Source: an uncultured Solirubrobacterales bacterium (GTDB lineage: Bacteria; Actinomycetota; Thermoleophilia; Solirubrobacterales; Thermoleophilaceae). From it: 46,159 bases of DNA. Both the position numbers and the translations under genes were made by a program. Numbering within the stretch: the stretch's first letter is position 1; every line of letters begins with the position of its first letter. The DNA is taken from assembly GCA_902806245.1 (NCBI GenBank), contig CADCVU010000211.1, positions 1-46,159 on the forward strand. Direction: 5' to 3'. The notes below the pieces were generated by a model. That model made no database searches, was not told where the DNA came from, and worked only from the letters and a program-made list of their open reading frames with translations. Below are positions 37,322 through 46,159 of the stretch, piece after piece.

Positions 37322-39553
37322 ATGAGCCTGGAGACGCCGATCGAGGTAGGCGAGGTCGAGCTCGTGCGTGGCGAGCTGCGGGTGCGGATCGCGCTCGAGC
37401 CGTTCTCGCTGTCGATCCTACGCGGTGAGCGGGAGGTGATCGACGGTATGACCCTGTGGGCCGCCGAGGGCGTGTCCGAGGACCGCTTCATCCAGACCAC
37501 GGAGGGTGTGATCGCCTCGGAGCGCCTCGACGAATACGAGGCCGTCGCTCAGGTCGAGCTCGCCCGCCGGGACGGTGATCGCCTCGAGCTCACCGGGACG
37601 CTCACCGGAGGGCGCGCCTTTGGCCTCGAGGCGAGGCTCGAGCGCGACCGGCTCGTGCTCACCTTCACCACCGACGGCGAGCCCCTGCGCCTCGGGGCGC
37701 GCTGGACGAGCCGTGAGCACGAGCGCTTCGTCGGGCTCGGCGCCCGCCACGGCGAGGACTTCGACCAGTCCGGGCGCCGCGTGCGCCTCGGTGCCGATCG
37801 CCGCTATACCGGCCCCGACTGCCCGCCCGACATGCTCGCCGTCGGCGGCGTGCCGATGGGGGACTGCGCGCCCGCCCCCTGGGCGATCTCGAGCGCTGGC
37901 TACGCAGTGTGGGTCGAGGCTCACGGCCCGGGTGTCGAGCTCGGCCTCGGTTCGCCGGTCGAGGTCTCGACCCGGGCCGCCGAGGGCGGGCTGCGCCTGC
38001 ACCTGCTGACCGACCCGACGCCCGCTGCGCGGCTGCGCTCGCTCCTGCGGGTCACGAGGATGCCCGACCTCCTGCCCGAGTGGGCCTACGGACACTGGAA
38101 GAGCCGCGACGTCTACGCCCACCAGCGCGACGTCGAGGACGACTTCGAGGGCTACGCCGGCCACGACCTGCCCCTCGACGCGATCGTCATCGACTCGCCG
38201 TGGGAGACCCAGTACAACACCTGGCGCTTCAACCCCCACCAGTTCCCCGATGCGCCGAGCCTGATCGCCCGCATGCGCGCCGACGGCGTGCGCACCGTGG
38301 TCTGGGTCACTCCCTGGGTCAACCTCGAGTCGGCCGACGGGCAGCGCCCGCCGGACCCCGAGTCGGAGCGACTGCACCGCGAGCCCGCGGAGAACTACGC
38401 CGAGGGCGCGCAGGCCGGCCACTTCCTGAAGACCGCCGACGGCGAGCCCTACGTGGCGCGCTGGTGGATGGGAACCGGCTCGCCGGTCGACTTCACCTCC
38501 GCGGCGGCCGATGCGTGGTGGCGCGAGCTGGCGCGGCCGGTGCTCGAGCTGGGGGTCGAGGGGATCAAGGCCGACGACGGCGAGGGCTACTACCTACCTG
38601 ACCACGTCCGCTTCGCCGACGGGCGCACGGGCGCCCAGGCCGCGTGGGCCTACCCGGGGATGTACCGGCGCTCGATGCAGCGCGCCCTCGACGACGCCCA
38701 CCCGGGTCGCGGCGTCCTCTTTGCGCGGTCGGCCTGGACGGGCGCGACGCACCACGGCGTGACCTGGGGCGGTGACCAGGTCAGCGACTTCTGGTCGCTG
38801 CGCGCGCTCGTGACCGCGACCCTGAGCGCCGCGGCGAGCGGCTTCTCGAACTGGTCGCACGACCTAGGCGGCTACCTCGGTGAGCGCCTCGTTGAGCGCT
38901 GCCCCAAGGAGCTGCTGATCCGCTGGCTCGAGTTCGGCTGCTTCACGCCGCTCCTGCACTCGCACGGCCGCTTCGCGCAGGAGGCATGGACCTACGACCG
39001 CGAGACCCTCGACCTCTACCGCGAGCTGCTCCTCCTGCACGAGCGCCTCGTCCCCTACACGCGCGCGGCGGCGGCGACCGCGGCGCGCTGCGGCCTGCCG
39101 ATCGTGCGCCCGCTGTGCCTGAGCGACCCCGCCGACCCGCGCGGGTGGTCGCTTCCCGACGCCTACTGCTACGGCCCGGCGCTGTGGGTCGCACCCGTGC
39201 TCGAGCCCGCCGCGCGAGAGCGAGACGTGTACCTGCCACACGGCGAGTGGATCGATTTCTGGAGCGGCGAGCACGCCGATGGTGGCCGCGAGCTGCTGGC
39301 CGACGCGCCGCTCGGGCGCCCGCCGGTGTGGGTGCGCCGCGGCTCGATCGTCGTCACCTACCCGGCCGCCCACGTCGCCGCGGGGCTCGGGGACACCGAC
39401 GAGCGCGAGCGACCACTCGAGGCGACGCTGTGGGGCGAGCCACGGCTCGGCCGGGCGAGCGCGCGGCTGGCCGACGGGACGCGGGTGCGCTGGCGGGCCG
39501 GGCGGTGGTCGGTCAGTGAGGACCGCGAGATCGCCTTTGCCGAGCGCGGTTGA
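37322..39553 (+). CDS. glycoside hydrolase family 31 (alpha-glucosidase/xylosidase-like)
   Basis: 743 aa: LDAIVIDSPWETQYNTWRFNPHQFPD, VRTVVWVTPWVN, GVEGIKADDGEGYY (nucleophile region), VTWGGDQVSDFWSLRALV, FTPLLHSHG. Confidence 0.85.
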   Translation: MSLETPIEVGEVELVRGELRVRIALEPFSLSILRGEREVIDGMTLWAAEGVSEDRFIQTTEGVIASERLDEYEAVAQVELARRDGDRLELTGTLTGGRAFGLEARLERDRLVLTFTTDGEPLRLGARWTSREHERFVGLGARHGEDFDQSGRRVRLGADRRYTGPDCPPDMLAVGGVPMGDCAPAPWAISSAGYAVWVEAHGPGVELGLGSPVEVSTRAAEGGLRLHLLTDPTPAARLRSLLRVTRMPDLLPEWAYGHWKSRDVYAHQRDVEDDFEGYAGHDLPLDAIVIDSPWETQYNTWRFNPHQFPDAPSLIARMRADGVRTVVWVTPWVNLESADGQRPPDPESERLHREPAENYAEGAQAGHFLKTADGEPYVARWWMGTGSPVDFTSAAADAWWRELARPVLELGVEGIKADDGEGYYLPDHVRFADGRTGAQAAWAYPGMYRRSMQRALDDAHPGRGVLFARSAWTGATHHGVTWGGDQVSDFWSLRALVTATLSAAASGFSNWSHDLGGYLGERLVERCPKELLIRWLEFGCFTPLLHSHGRFAQEAWTYDRETLDLYRELLLLHERLVPYTRAAAATAARCGLPIVRPLCLSDPADPRGWSLPDAYCYGPALWVAPVLEPAARERDVYLPHGEWIDFWSGEHADGGRELLADAPLGRPPVWVRRGSIVVTYPAAHVAAGLGDTDERERPLEATLWGEPRLGRASARLADGTRVRWRAGRWSVSEDREIAFAERG

Positions 39554-39671
39554 GCGGGCGTGTGAACCGGCTCTTGGTCGGCGCGTGTTGCGCTGACCAC
39601 CGGAGGCGCTTCCGTCGCGATGGCGGGGGCTACGATCGCGCGGTGTCCGCGCCCCTCCGCACGCCTTTCAC

Positions 39672-40475
39672 GTGAGCAACGCTCTCGCCGGCCGCCGCGC
39701 CCTGGTCACCGGCGCCACCGGCGGGCTCGGCCGCGCCATCGCCCGCGGCCTGCACGCGCGCGGCGCCACGGTGGTGGCGACCGGACGCCGGGAGGACGCC
39801 CTCGAGGAGCTCGGCGCCGAGCTCGTCGACCGCGTGGAGCCGCTGGTGGCCGATCTGGCCGACCGCGAGCAGGTCGAGGCCCTTCCGGCTCGCGCCGGCC
39901 GCGTCGACGTGCTCGTGGCCAACGCCGCGCTGCCGGGCAGCGGGCGGCTCGAGTCGTTCTCGCCCGCGGAGATCGACCGGGCCCTGGACGTCAATCTCCG
40001 CGCCCCGATGCAGCTGGCCCGCGCGCTCGCGCCGGCCATGGTCGAGCGCGGCTCCGGACACCTCGTCTTCGTCTCCTCGCTCAACGGCAAGCTCGCCGCT
40101 CCGGGCACCTCCGTCTACACCGCGACCAAGTACGGCCTGCGCGGGTTCGCGGCGTCGCTGCGCGCCGACCTGCGCGGGAGCGGCGTGGGGGTGAGCGCGA
40201 TCTTCCCGAGCTTCGTCGCCGACGCCGGCATGTGGGCCGACACCGACATCGAGCTCCCGCGAGGCGTCAGGCTCCCGATGCCGGCGGACGTGGCGACCGC
40301 GGTCATCGAGGGGATCGAGCGCGATCGCGGAGAGGTCGACGTCGCGCCGGTAGGCCTGCGGGTGGCCGCCGGCCTCGCCGGGGTGGCGCCGGGACTGGTC
40401 GCCTCGCTCGGACAGCGCCTCGGGTCCGCCGAGGTGGCCGACCGGGCTGCCTCCGCTCAGCGCTCGAAACGTTGA
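39672..40475 (+). CDS. SDR-family oxidoreductase
   Basis: ALVTGATGGLGRAIA is the TGxxxGxG motif, with NAALPG, VFVSSLNG and YTATKYGLRGF (YxxxK). Confidence 0.85.
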   Translation: MSNALAGRRALVTGATGGLGRAIARGLHARGATVVATGRREDALEELGAELVDRVEPLVADLADREQVEALPARAGRVDVLVANAALPGSGRLESFSPAEIDRALDVNLRAPMQLARALAPAMVERGSGHLVFVSSLNGKLAAPGTSVYTATKYGLRGFAASLRADLRGSGVGVSAIFPSFVADAGMWADTDIELPRGVRLPMPADVATAVIEGIERDRGEVDVAPVGLRVAAGLAGVAPGLVASLGQRLGSAEVADRAASAQRSKR

Positions 40476-40541
40476 GATCCGAGCTCGGGTTCAACTCGCG
40501 GGTCACGACCCCCCAGGGATCGGGATGCGAGCCTCGCGGGC

Positions 40542-42200
40542 ATGACCTCTCTCGATAGACGCCACTTCCTCACCGGAGCCATTGCGGGCGCCGGTGCCAT
40601 CGCCCTCGGCGGCGAGCCCACAGGCGCGGCCGCGCGCGCTCGTAATCAGGCCGCGATCATCCAGCGGAACGGCGGCGGCGGTGGGGCTGGTGGTCAGGGC
40701 ATTCCGCGGGCGGGCGAGGTCTCGTTCGCTCAGGGGGTGGCCTCTGGCCAGTCGACGCCCCGCGGCATAACGCTGTGGACTCTCGCGGCCGGGATCGAGC
40801 GCGACTCGCGCCTCGAGCTCGAGGTCGAGGTCGATGCGAATTTCCGCAACGTCATCCTGCGACGCGACGTGATCGTCAGGAAGAACGAGACCCTGACCGT
40901 TCACGCCCGGATCGACGGCGGTCCGCTGCGACCTGGCGAGCAGTACTTCTACCGCTTCTCCTCGCGCTCTTCGGACAGCGAGGTCGGGCGCTTTCGCACG
41001 TCGCTGCGCCCGACTCGCGCCAGCCCGTGCGGATCGGCTTCTTCTCGTGTCAGGCCTACGACGCCGGCTTCTACACCGCCCATGCGGGGCTCGCCGCGGA
41101 GGACGACCTCGACTACGTCGTCTGCCTCGGCGACTACATCTACGAGAAGTCCTTCTACGAGGATGGACCGCGCAGGGACACAGGCGAGAACCGCGATGGC
41201 GAGGTGGAGACGCTCGGCCAGTACCGCAGCAAGTACGCGCTCTATCACTCGGACGCGAATCTCAGGCGCCTGCGCGCCCAGCACCCGATGATCGCAATCT
41301 GGGACGACCACGAGGCTGAGGACAACTATGCGGCGCTGCGGCCGGGCGAGGCTGCCGACGACCGCGACCTCAGCTTTCGCCGGCGCCGCGCCAACGCCTA
41401 CAAGACGTTCTTCGAGCACATGCCGCGCATCCGCGACAGGCGGGATCCAGATCGCATTTACGGCAGCATCAGGCTGGGCCGCAACGCCGAGCTCTTCCTG
41501 CTCGACGAGCGCCGCTTCCGCAGCGACCAGCCCTGCGGCGACCAGTTCGGCACGGCCAACTGCCGGAGGCCTTCGAGCGAGACCGCACGATGCTCGGAGG
41601 CGTGCAGCGCCGATGGTTCAAGCGTGCTCTCGCCCGGTCGAGGGCGACATGGAAGATCGTTGGGAACCAGGCGATGTTCATGGTGCTCGACGCACCCGCA
41701 CGGAATCCGGTCAACCCCGATCAGTGGGACGGCTACAAGGCCGAGCGCCAGGAGCTGATGAACCTGGTGCGCAACAACGGAATCGAGAACGTTTCCTTCG
41801 TCACCGGCGACATCCACACGTTCTTCGCCGGCGAGGTCACGCCCTCCGGGCGCCAGCCGGATCCGCGCGGCGCCGTGGCCACGGAATTCGTCGGCGGCTC
41901 GATGACCTCGGAGGGGATCGCCGACGCTGTGGCTCGCGAGCCACTCGACTCGGAGCAGCGGCTGCTGCTCGCGGGGCTGAGCGACGCGAGCGTGCGCGCT
42001 AACAATCCGCACATCAAGTACTCGAACCAGGACTTCAAAGGCTATGGCGTCCTCGAGGCCAGGCCGAACGAGATGCGGGTCGCCTACCGCGCAGTGCGCA
42101 AGACGAACAGGCCCCGAAGCAGCGTGTTCACCCTTCGAGCTTTCGGGTGCCGCTCAACCGGCCGCGCGTCGACGATCTCGGAGGCCCGCTAGTGCCGTAG
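40542..42200 (+). pseudogene. phoD: second PhoD-family alkaline phosphatase copy, disrupted by three 1-nt deficits relative to copy 1
   Basis: The Tat signal is MTSLDRRHFLTGAIAGAGAIALGG. Alignment by eye to 2455-4116 shows three deficits: ctgcgcccgactcg vs ctgccgccggactcg (about 41003), aactgccggaggcc vs aactgccccgaggcc (about 41565), and cttcgagctttcgg vs cttcagcgctttcgg (about 42138). The coding frame (position mod 3) moves 0 to 2 to 1 to 0, and the restored frame ends at TAG 42198-42200. Confidence 0.8.
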
Positions 42201-42234
42201 GGCGGGGCTTTCAAGGTCGCCGCCGCGCCAGCCG

Positions 42235-45200
42235 TCAGCTTCCGGCCGGCGACGGCTCGGGGCCGGGCTGTGGGTCTCGGCTGACGGCGGCTTCGAACGC
42301 CTCCTCCTCGGCCGCCGCGCCATGCTCGGCCTCCTCGACGGCGCTCTCGCCCATGTCGGGGGCGTCGGAGACGCGAACACGGTCGCCGGGGGCGTCGGCA
42401 GCTGCCCCGTCCAACGCCTCGCGCAGGATCCGCGCCTGCTCGGCCTTGTGGGCCGGCGAGTAGCCCTCGCCGGGACTCGCCCGCACGGGTCGGCCGACGT
42501 ACTCGTAGTCGATGCCCGCATCGGTCAGGATCCAAAGCAGGCGTGACTCCATGACCGCCCGCGCGCCCATGTTCCGCGGCTCCTCCTGCGCCCAGACCAC
42601 GCGCTCGAGGTTGGGGTAGCCGCGGATGATCTCCCGGATCCCCTCCTCGGCGAACGGATACAGAAGCTCGACGCGGCCGATGGCCACGTGCCTCGACTCC
42701 GGCCGCGCCGGATGGCCGGAGAGGTCGTAGAAGAGCTTGCCCGAGCAGAGCACGAGGCGCGTGACCTCTTCACGCTCGCCGGGCAGAGTGGGATCGTCGA
42801 GCACCTGCTGGAAGGAGCCGTTGGCCAGCTCCTCGACCGACGAGGTCGCCGCCGCATGGCGCAGCAGGCTCTTGGGCGTCAGGACGATCAGCGGGCGTTG
42901 CTTGGCCACGAGCGCTTGGCGGCGCAGCAGGTGGAAGTACTGAGCCGGCGTCGTCGGGTTGGCGACCCGGATGTTCCCCTCGGCGCCGAGTTGGATGAAG
43001 CGCTCGAGGCGGGCGCTCGAGTGCTCCGGCCCCGACCCTTCGTAGCCGTGCGGAAGCAACAGCGTCAGTCGCGTGGTCTGACCCCACTTGGCCAGCCCGG
43101 AGACGATGAACTGATCGACGATGACCTGGGCGGAGTTGACGAAGTCGCCGAACTGCGCCTCCCACAGCACCAGCGCCTCGGGGGCCTGGGCGCTGTAGCC
43201 GTACTCGAAGCCGAGGCAGCCCGACTCCGAGAGCGGGCTGTTGTGAAGCTCGAACGGCGCGGCCGCCTTGGCCAGGCGCTGAACCGGCGTGTGTTCCTCG
43301 CCGGTCTTGGCGTCGTGGAGGACGAGGTGGCGCTGCGAGAAGGTGCCGCGCTCGGAGTCCTGGCCGGTGAGCCGGACCGGCACGCCCTGGCACAGCAGCG
43401 ACCCGAAGGCGAGCTCCTCGGCCTGGGCCCAGTCGATGCCGCCCTCCGGCCCGAGGGCCCTGCGCCGGCGATCGAGCTGGGGCTTGAGCTTGCGGTGGAT
43501 CTCGAAGCCCTCGGGGACCTTGAGGAGCTGCTCGTTGAGCGAGCGCAGCGCGTCCTCGCCGATCGCGGTGCGCGGCTCGGGGCTCGGGCCGCGGTCGAGC
43601 TCGAACTCGCCGGTGTCCTCCTCGCGGGCCATGGCCTCCTTGAGCTCGGCGTGCGCGTCGGCGAGCCGGGTCTGGGCGCGCTGCACGAGCTCCTCGACCT
43701 CTTCGTCGCTGACCACCCCCTCGTCGGCCAGGCGGTCGGCGTAGAGCGTGCGCACCGGCGCGTGTTCCTTGATCCGCGCGTACATGCGCGGCTGGGTGTA
43801 GGCCGGCTCGTCGGTCTCGTTGTGGCCGAAGCGGCGGTAGCCCACGAGGTCGATGAGCGCGTTGCGGCGGAAGCGATCGCGATAGGCCATGGCGAGGCGC
43901 ACCGCGGCGATGCAGCCCTCGACGTCGTCGGCGTTGACGTGGATGATCGGGACGTCGAAGCCCTTGGCCAGGTCCGAGGCGTAGCGGGTGGAGCGCGCCT
44001 CGGAGGGCTCGGTGGTGAAGCCGAGCTGGTTGTTGGTGATGATGTGGATCGTTCCGCCGGTCGAGTAGCCCCGCAGGCTCTGGAGGTTGAGCGTCTCGGC
44101 CACCACGCCCTGACCGGGGAAGGCAGCGTCGCCGTGGATCAGCACCGGCAGCACGAGCGTGGGATCGTGGTGGAGCTCGCGGCCCTTGCGGCTCGACTGG
44201 TCGGCCCGGGCGCGACCCTCGACCACCGGGTCGACGTACTCGAGGTGGCTCGGGTTCGGCGAGAGGGTGACGGTGATGCCGCGCCCGTCCTTGGTGCGGT
44301 ACGTGCCCGAGGCGCCATGGTGATACTTGACGTCGCCGGTGCCGCCCTCGGGCATCGCCGTCTCGGCCTCGAGGGTCTGCTCGCCCTCGAACTCGACCAG
44401 GATCGACTCGTAGGGGCGCCCGACGGCGTGAGCCAGGACGTTGAGCCTCCCGCGGTGGGCCATCCCGATGACGACCTCGCGCGCGCCGGCCCCGGCCGCC
44501 AGCTCGATCGTCTCGTCGAGCATGGGCACGAGCATGTCGAGGCCCTCGATCGAGAACTGCTTGCGGCCGAGGAACGCCTTGTGGAGGTAGTTCTCGAGCC
44601 CTTCGACGTGGGTCAGGCGATCGAGCTGGGTGCGCTTCTCCTCGGGCGAGAGCGGGCGGCGGTGCTCGCCCGACTCCACGGTCTGGCGCAGCCACACCCG
44701 CTCGTCGTGGTTCGAGATGTGCTCGAACTCGTAGGCGATCGTGCCGCAGTAGATCTCCTGGAGGTGAGGCAGCGCCTCGCCGAAGGTCTCACCGGGGACG
44801 GCCACACGCAGCACGGAGGCCGGGATGGCCCGCATCAGCTCGGGCGTGAGATGGACGTTGCGCGGGTCGAGCGCCGGGTCGCCCTCGGGCTCGGAGCCGA
44901 GCGGGTCGAGGCGAGCCCACAGGTGACCGTGCATGCGGTGGGCCTTGACCACGGAGGTCGCGGCCTGGACGGCCTGGAGCATCTCGAGGTCGGGCGCCGC
45001 GCCCGCGCCGGGGGTGACCGGCGAGGGGACGGGCTCGTCGGCGGTGACGGGGCCCCCGCCGGCTCCGTCGCTGACCGGTGGGCTCTGCTCCTGCTCGGTA
45101 CCCGGTCCGGCCGCCCCGAGGACGCTGAACACGGCCTCGTAGAAGCCGTCGCCGCCGGAGAGCAGCTCGTCGATGCGCTTGAGGAAGGCGCCGGACTGCG

Positions 45201-46159
45201 CGCCCTGGATGACCCGGTGGTCGTAGGTGCTGGTCATGGTCATCGTCTTCGAGACGCCGAGCTCGCGCAGGCGCTCGGGTTCGACCTGCTCGAAGCCGGC
45301 CGGGTAGCCGATCGCTCCCGTGGCGACGATGGTTCCCTGACCGGCCATCAGGCGCGGCACCGAGGCCACGGTGCCGATGCCGCCGGGGTTGGTCAGGGTG
45401 ATGTTCGCCCCCGAGTACGCCTCGGGGGCCAGCGTGCCGTCGCGGGCGCCGATCACGAGCTCGTCGTAGCGGGCGACGAATCCCTGGAGGTCGAGCGAGC
45501 CGGCGTCGTGGACCACGGGCGTGACCAGGGCGCGCGAGCCGTCGCGCTTCTCGACGTCGACCGCGAGTCCGAGGTTGAGGCCGGCCGGCTCGACGAGCTG
45601 CGGCTTGCCGTTCTCCTCGGCGTAGGCGTGGGCCATGACCGGCATCTCCCGCGCGGCCTCGACGATGGCCCAGGCGATCAGATGCGTGAAGGAGAGCTTG
45701 CGCCCGGCGGCCTTGAGCGCGCGGCGGCGGGCGTCGAGGAGGTCGACCGAGAGCGTACGGAAGCTGGTGGCGGTGGGGATCGAGCGGCTCTCGTTCATGA
45801 ACCGGGCCAGCGTGGCCGCCGGGCCGCGAATCGGGCGGCGGTTGGCCTCGGGTCGCGCGGCGGGCGTGGTGGGCGGTGGGGCCGCCTCGCCGGCGCCGAT
45901 CTCCGCCTCGGGCGCATTGCTCGGCGCGGCGGCCGGGGCCGCCGCGCTCGCACCGGTTCCGTTGGCCTCCACGGCGGCGAGCACGTCCACCTTGTTCACG
46001 CGCCCGCGCGGACCGGTCCCGGGCACGCTGCTCAGGTCGATGCCGTGGGCGCCGGCGATACGGCGGGCGACGGGCGTGGCGTCGGCGGCCTCGCCCTCGA
46101 TCGGGGCAGGTGGTGGCGCCGCGGCCGGGGCCTCGGCGGCGCCGGGCTCGCTCGGCGCG
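42235..46159 (-). CDS. kgd: 2-oxoglutarate dehydrogenase E1 fused to an E2 succinyltransferase (Kgd/OdhA-type); partial, N-terminus outside the window
   Basis: More than 1300 aa. A PSBD-like PVARRIAGAHGIDLSSVPGTGPRGRVNKVDVLAAV continues to the window edge. The E2 catalytic domain carries ..TSTYDHRVIQGAQSGAFL... The E1o part carries ..GMAHRGRLNVLAH.., LIHGDAAFPGQGVV, and so on. It ends in an acidic ~60-aa C-terminal tail. Confidence 0.9.
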   Translation of the reverse strand, partial: APSEPGAAEAPAAAPPPAPIEGEAADATPVARRIAGAHGIDLSSVPGTGPRGRVNKVDVLAAVEANGTGASAAAPAAAPSNAPEAEIGAGEAAPPPTTPAARPEANRRPIRGPAATLARFMNESRSIPTATSFRTLSVDLLDARRRALKAAGRKLSFTHLIAWAIVEAAREMPVMAHAYAEENGKPQLVEPAGLNLGLAVDVEKRDGSRALVTPVVHDAGSLDLQGFVARYDELVIGARDGTLAPEAYSGANITLTNPGGIGTVASVPRLMAGQGTIVATGAIGYPAGFEQVEPERLRELGVSKTMTMTSTYDHRVIQGAQSGAFLKRIDELLSGGDGFYEAVFSVLGAAGPGTEQEQSPPVSDGAGGGPVTADEPVPSPVTPGAGAAPDLEMLQAVQAATSVVKAHRMHGHLWARLDPLGSEPEGDPALDPRNVHLTPELMRAIPASVLRVAVPGETFGEALPHLQEIYCGTIAYEFEHISNHDERVWLRQTVESGEHRRPLSPEEKRTQLDRLTHVEGLENYLHKAFLGRKQFSIEGLDMLVPMLDETIELAAGAGAREVVIGMAHRGRLNVLAHAVGRPYESILVEFEGEQTLEAETAMPEGGTGDVKYHHGASGTYRTKDGRGITVTLSPNPSHLEYVDPVVEGRARADQSSRKGRELHHDPTLVLPVLIHGDAAFPGQGVVAETLNLQSLRGYSTGGTIHIITNNQLGFTTEPSEARSTRYASDLAKGFDVPIIHVNADDVEGCIAAVRLAMAYRDRFRRNALIDLVGYRRFGHNETDEPAYTQPRMYARIKEHAPVRTLYADRLADEGVVSDEEVEELVQRAQTRLADAHAELKEAMAREEDTGEFELDRGPSPEPRTAIGEDALRSLNEQLLKVPEGFEIHRKLKPQLDRRRRALGPEGGIDWAQAEELAFGSLLCQGVPVRLTGQDSERGTFSQRHLVLHDAKTGEEHTPVQRLAKAAAPFELHNSPLSESGCLGFEYGYSAQAPEALVLWEAQFGDFVNSAQVIVDQFIVSGLAKWGQTTRLTLLLPHGYEGSGPEHSSARLERFIQLGAEGNIRVANPTTPAQYFHLLRRQALVAKQRPLIVLTPKSLLRHAAATSSVEELANGSFQQVLDDPTLPGEREEVTRLVLCSGKLFYDLSGHPARPESRHVAIGRVELLYPFAEEGIREIIRGYPNLERVVWAQEEPRNMGARAVMESRLLWILTDAGIDYEYVGRPVRASPGEGYSPAHKAEQARILREALDGAAADAPGDRVRVSDAPDMGESAVEEAEHGAAAEEEAFEAAVSRDPQPGPEPSPAGS

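Noticed and set aside
40995-41010. Programmed ribosomal frameshifting at the phoD2, YceI, PSD-like or amidinotransferase-fold junctions
   Set aside because: No X XXY YYZ-type slippery heptamer or downstream structure was seen at the junctions I inspected. phoD copy 1 is collinear without any shift, which shows the ancestral gene was in a single frame.

Overview
Very GC-rich (about 70% by eye, not computed), Actinomycetota-like chromosomal segment. No transposase, integrase, CRISPR array or rRNA was found. The core (about 19.7-34.4 kb) is a phosphate/polyphosphate locus. On the minus strand, pstS-pstC-pstA-pstB-phoU runs on, tightly spaced, into a small DUF4287-like gene and a CHAD gene, followed by ettA. 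On the other flank sit an orphan OmpR-type response regulator, an orphan CpsB-type PHP phosphatase, sixA, ppx, ppk1, tRNA-Asp and a secreted NPP-type phosphodiesterase with RTX-like repeats. Two phoD paralogues lie at the window flanks: one intact (2455-4116) and one with three 1-nt deficits (40542-42200). Other content: a TetR / YceI / FMN-reductase / rhodanese group; a GT-C-like membrane protein; a 64-aa DnaJ-type zinc-finger miniprotein; a MATE transporter; a PSD-like plus amidinotransferase-fold pair facing a fatty-acid hydroxylase; M23 peptidase; a MoxR-DUF58-membrane protein operon; an SDR reductase; TVP38; a PHP-GT4 fusion divergent from a GH31 hydrolase; an SDR; and a partial kgd-type E2o-E1o fusion. 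The most notable pattern is that disrupting lesions and gene remnants cluster in accessory genes while all long housekeeping ORFs are intact. Lesions: YceI, FMN reductase, PSD-like x2, amidinotransferase-fold x2, phoD2 x3, an amber codon in NPP. Remnants: aquaporin, SDR, tRNA-Val. Candidate new biology: (i) a kinase-less phospho-signalling module embedded in the Pho/polyP locus, with shared 11-nt-periodic TCACA repeats upstream of pstS, phoD and NPP; (ii) the PHP-GT4 fusion with GH31; (iii) the PSD-like / guanidino-modifying / hydroxylase trio; (iv) the zinc-finger miniprotein; (v) a tRNA-Val 3' fragment with adjacent repeats, possibly an old integration scar. All family assignments come from motif recognition by eye; no database search was run.
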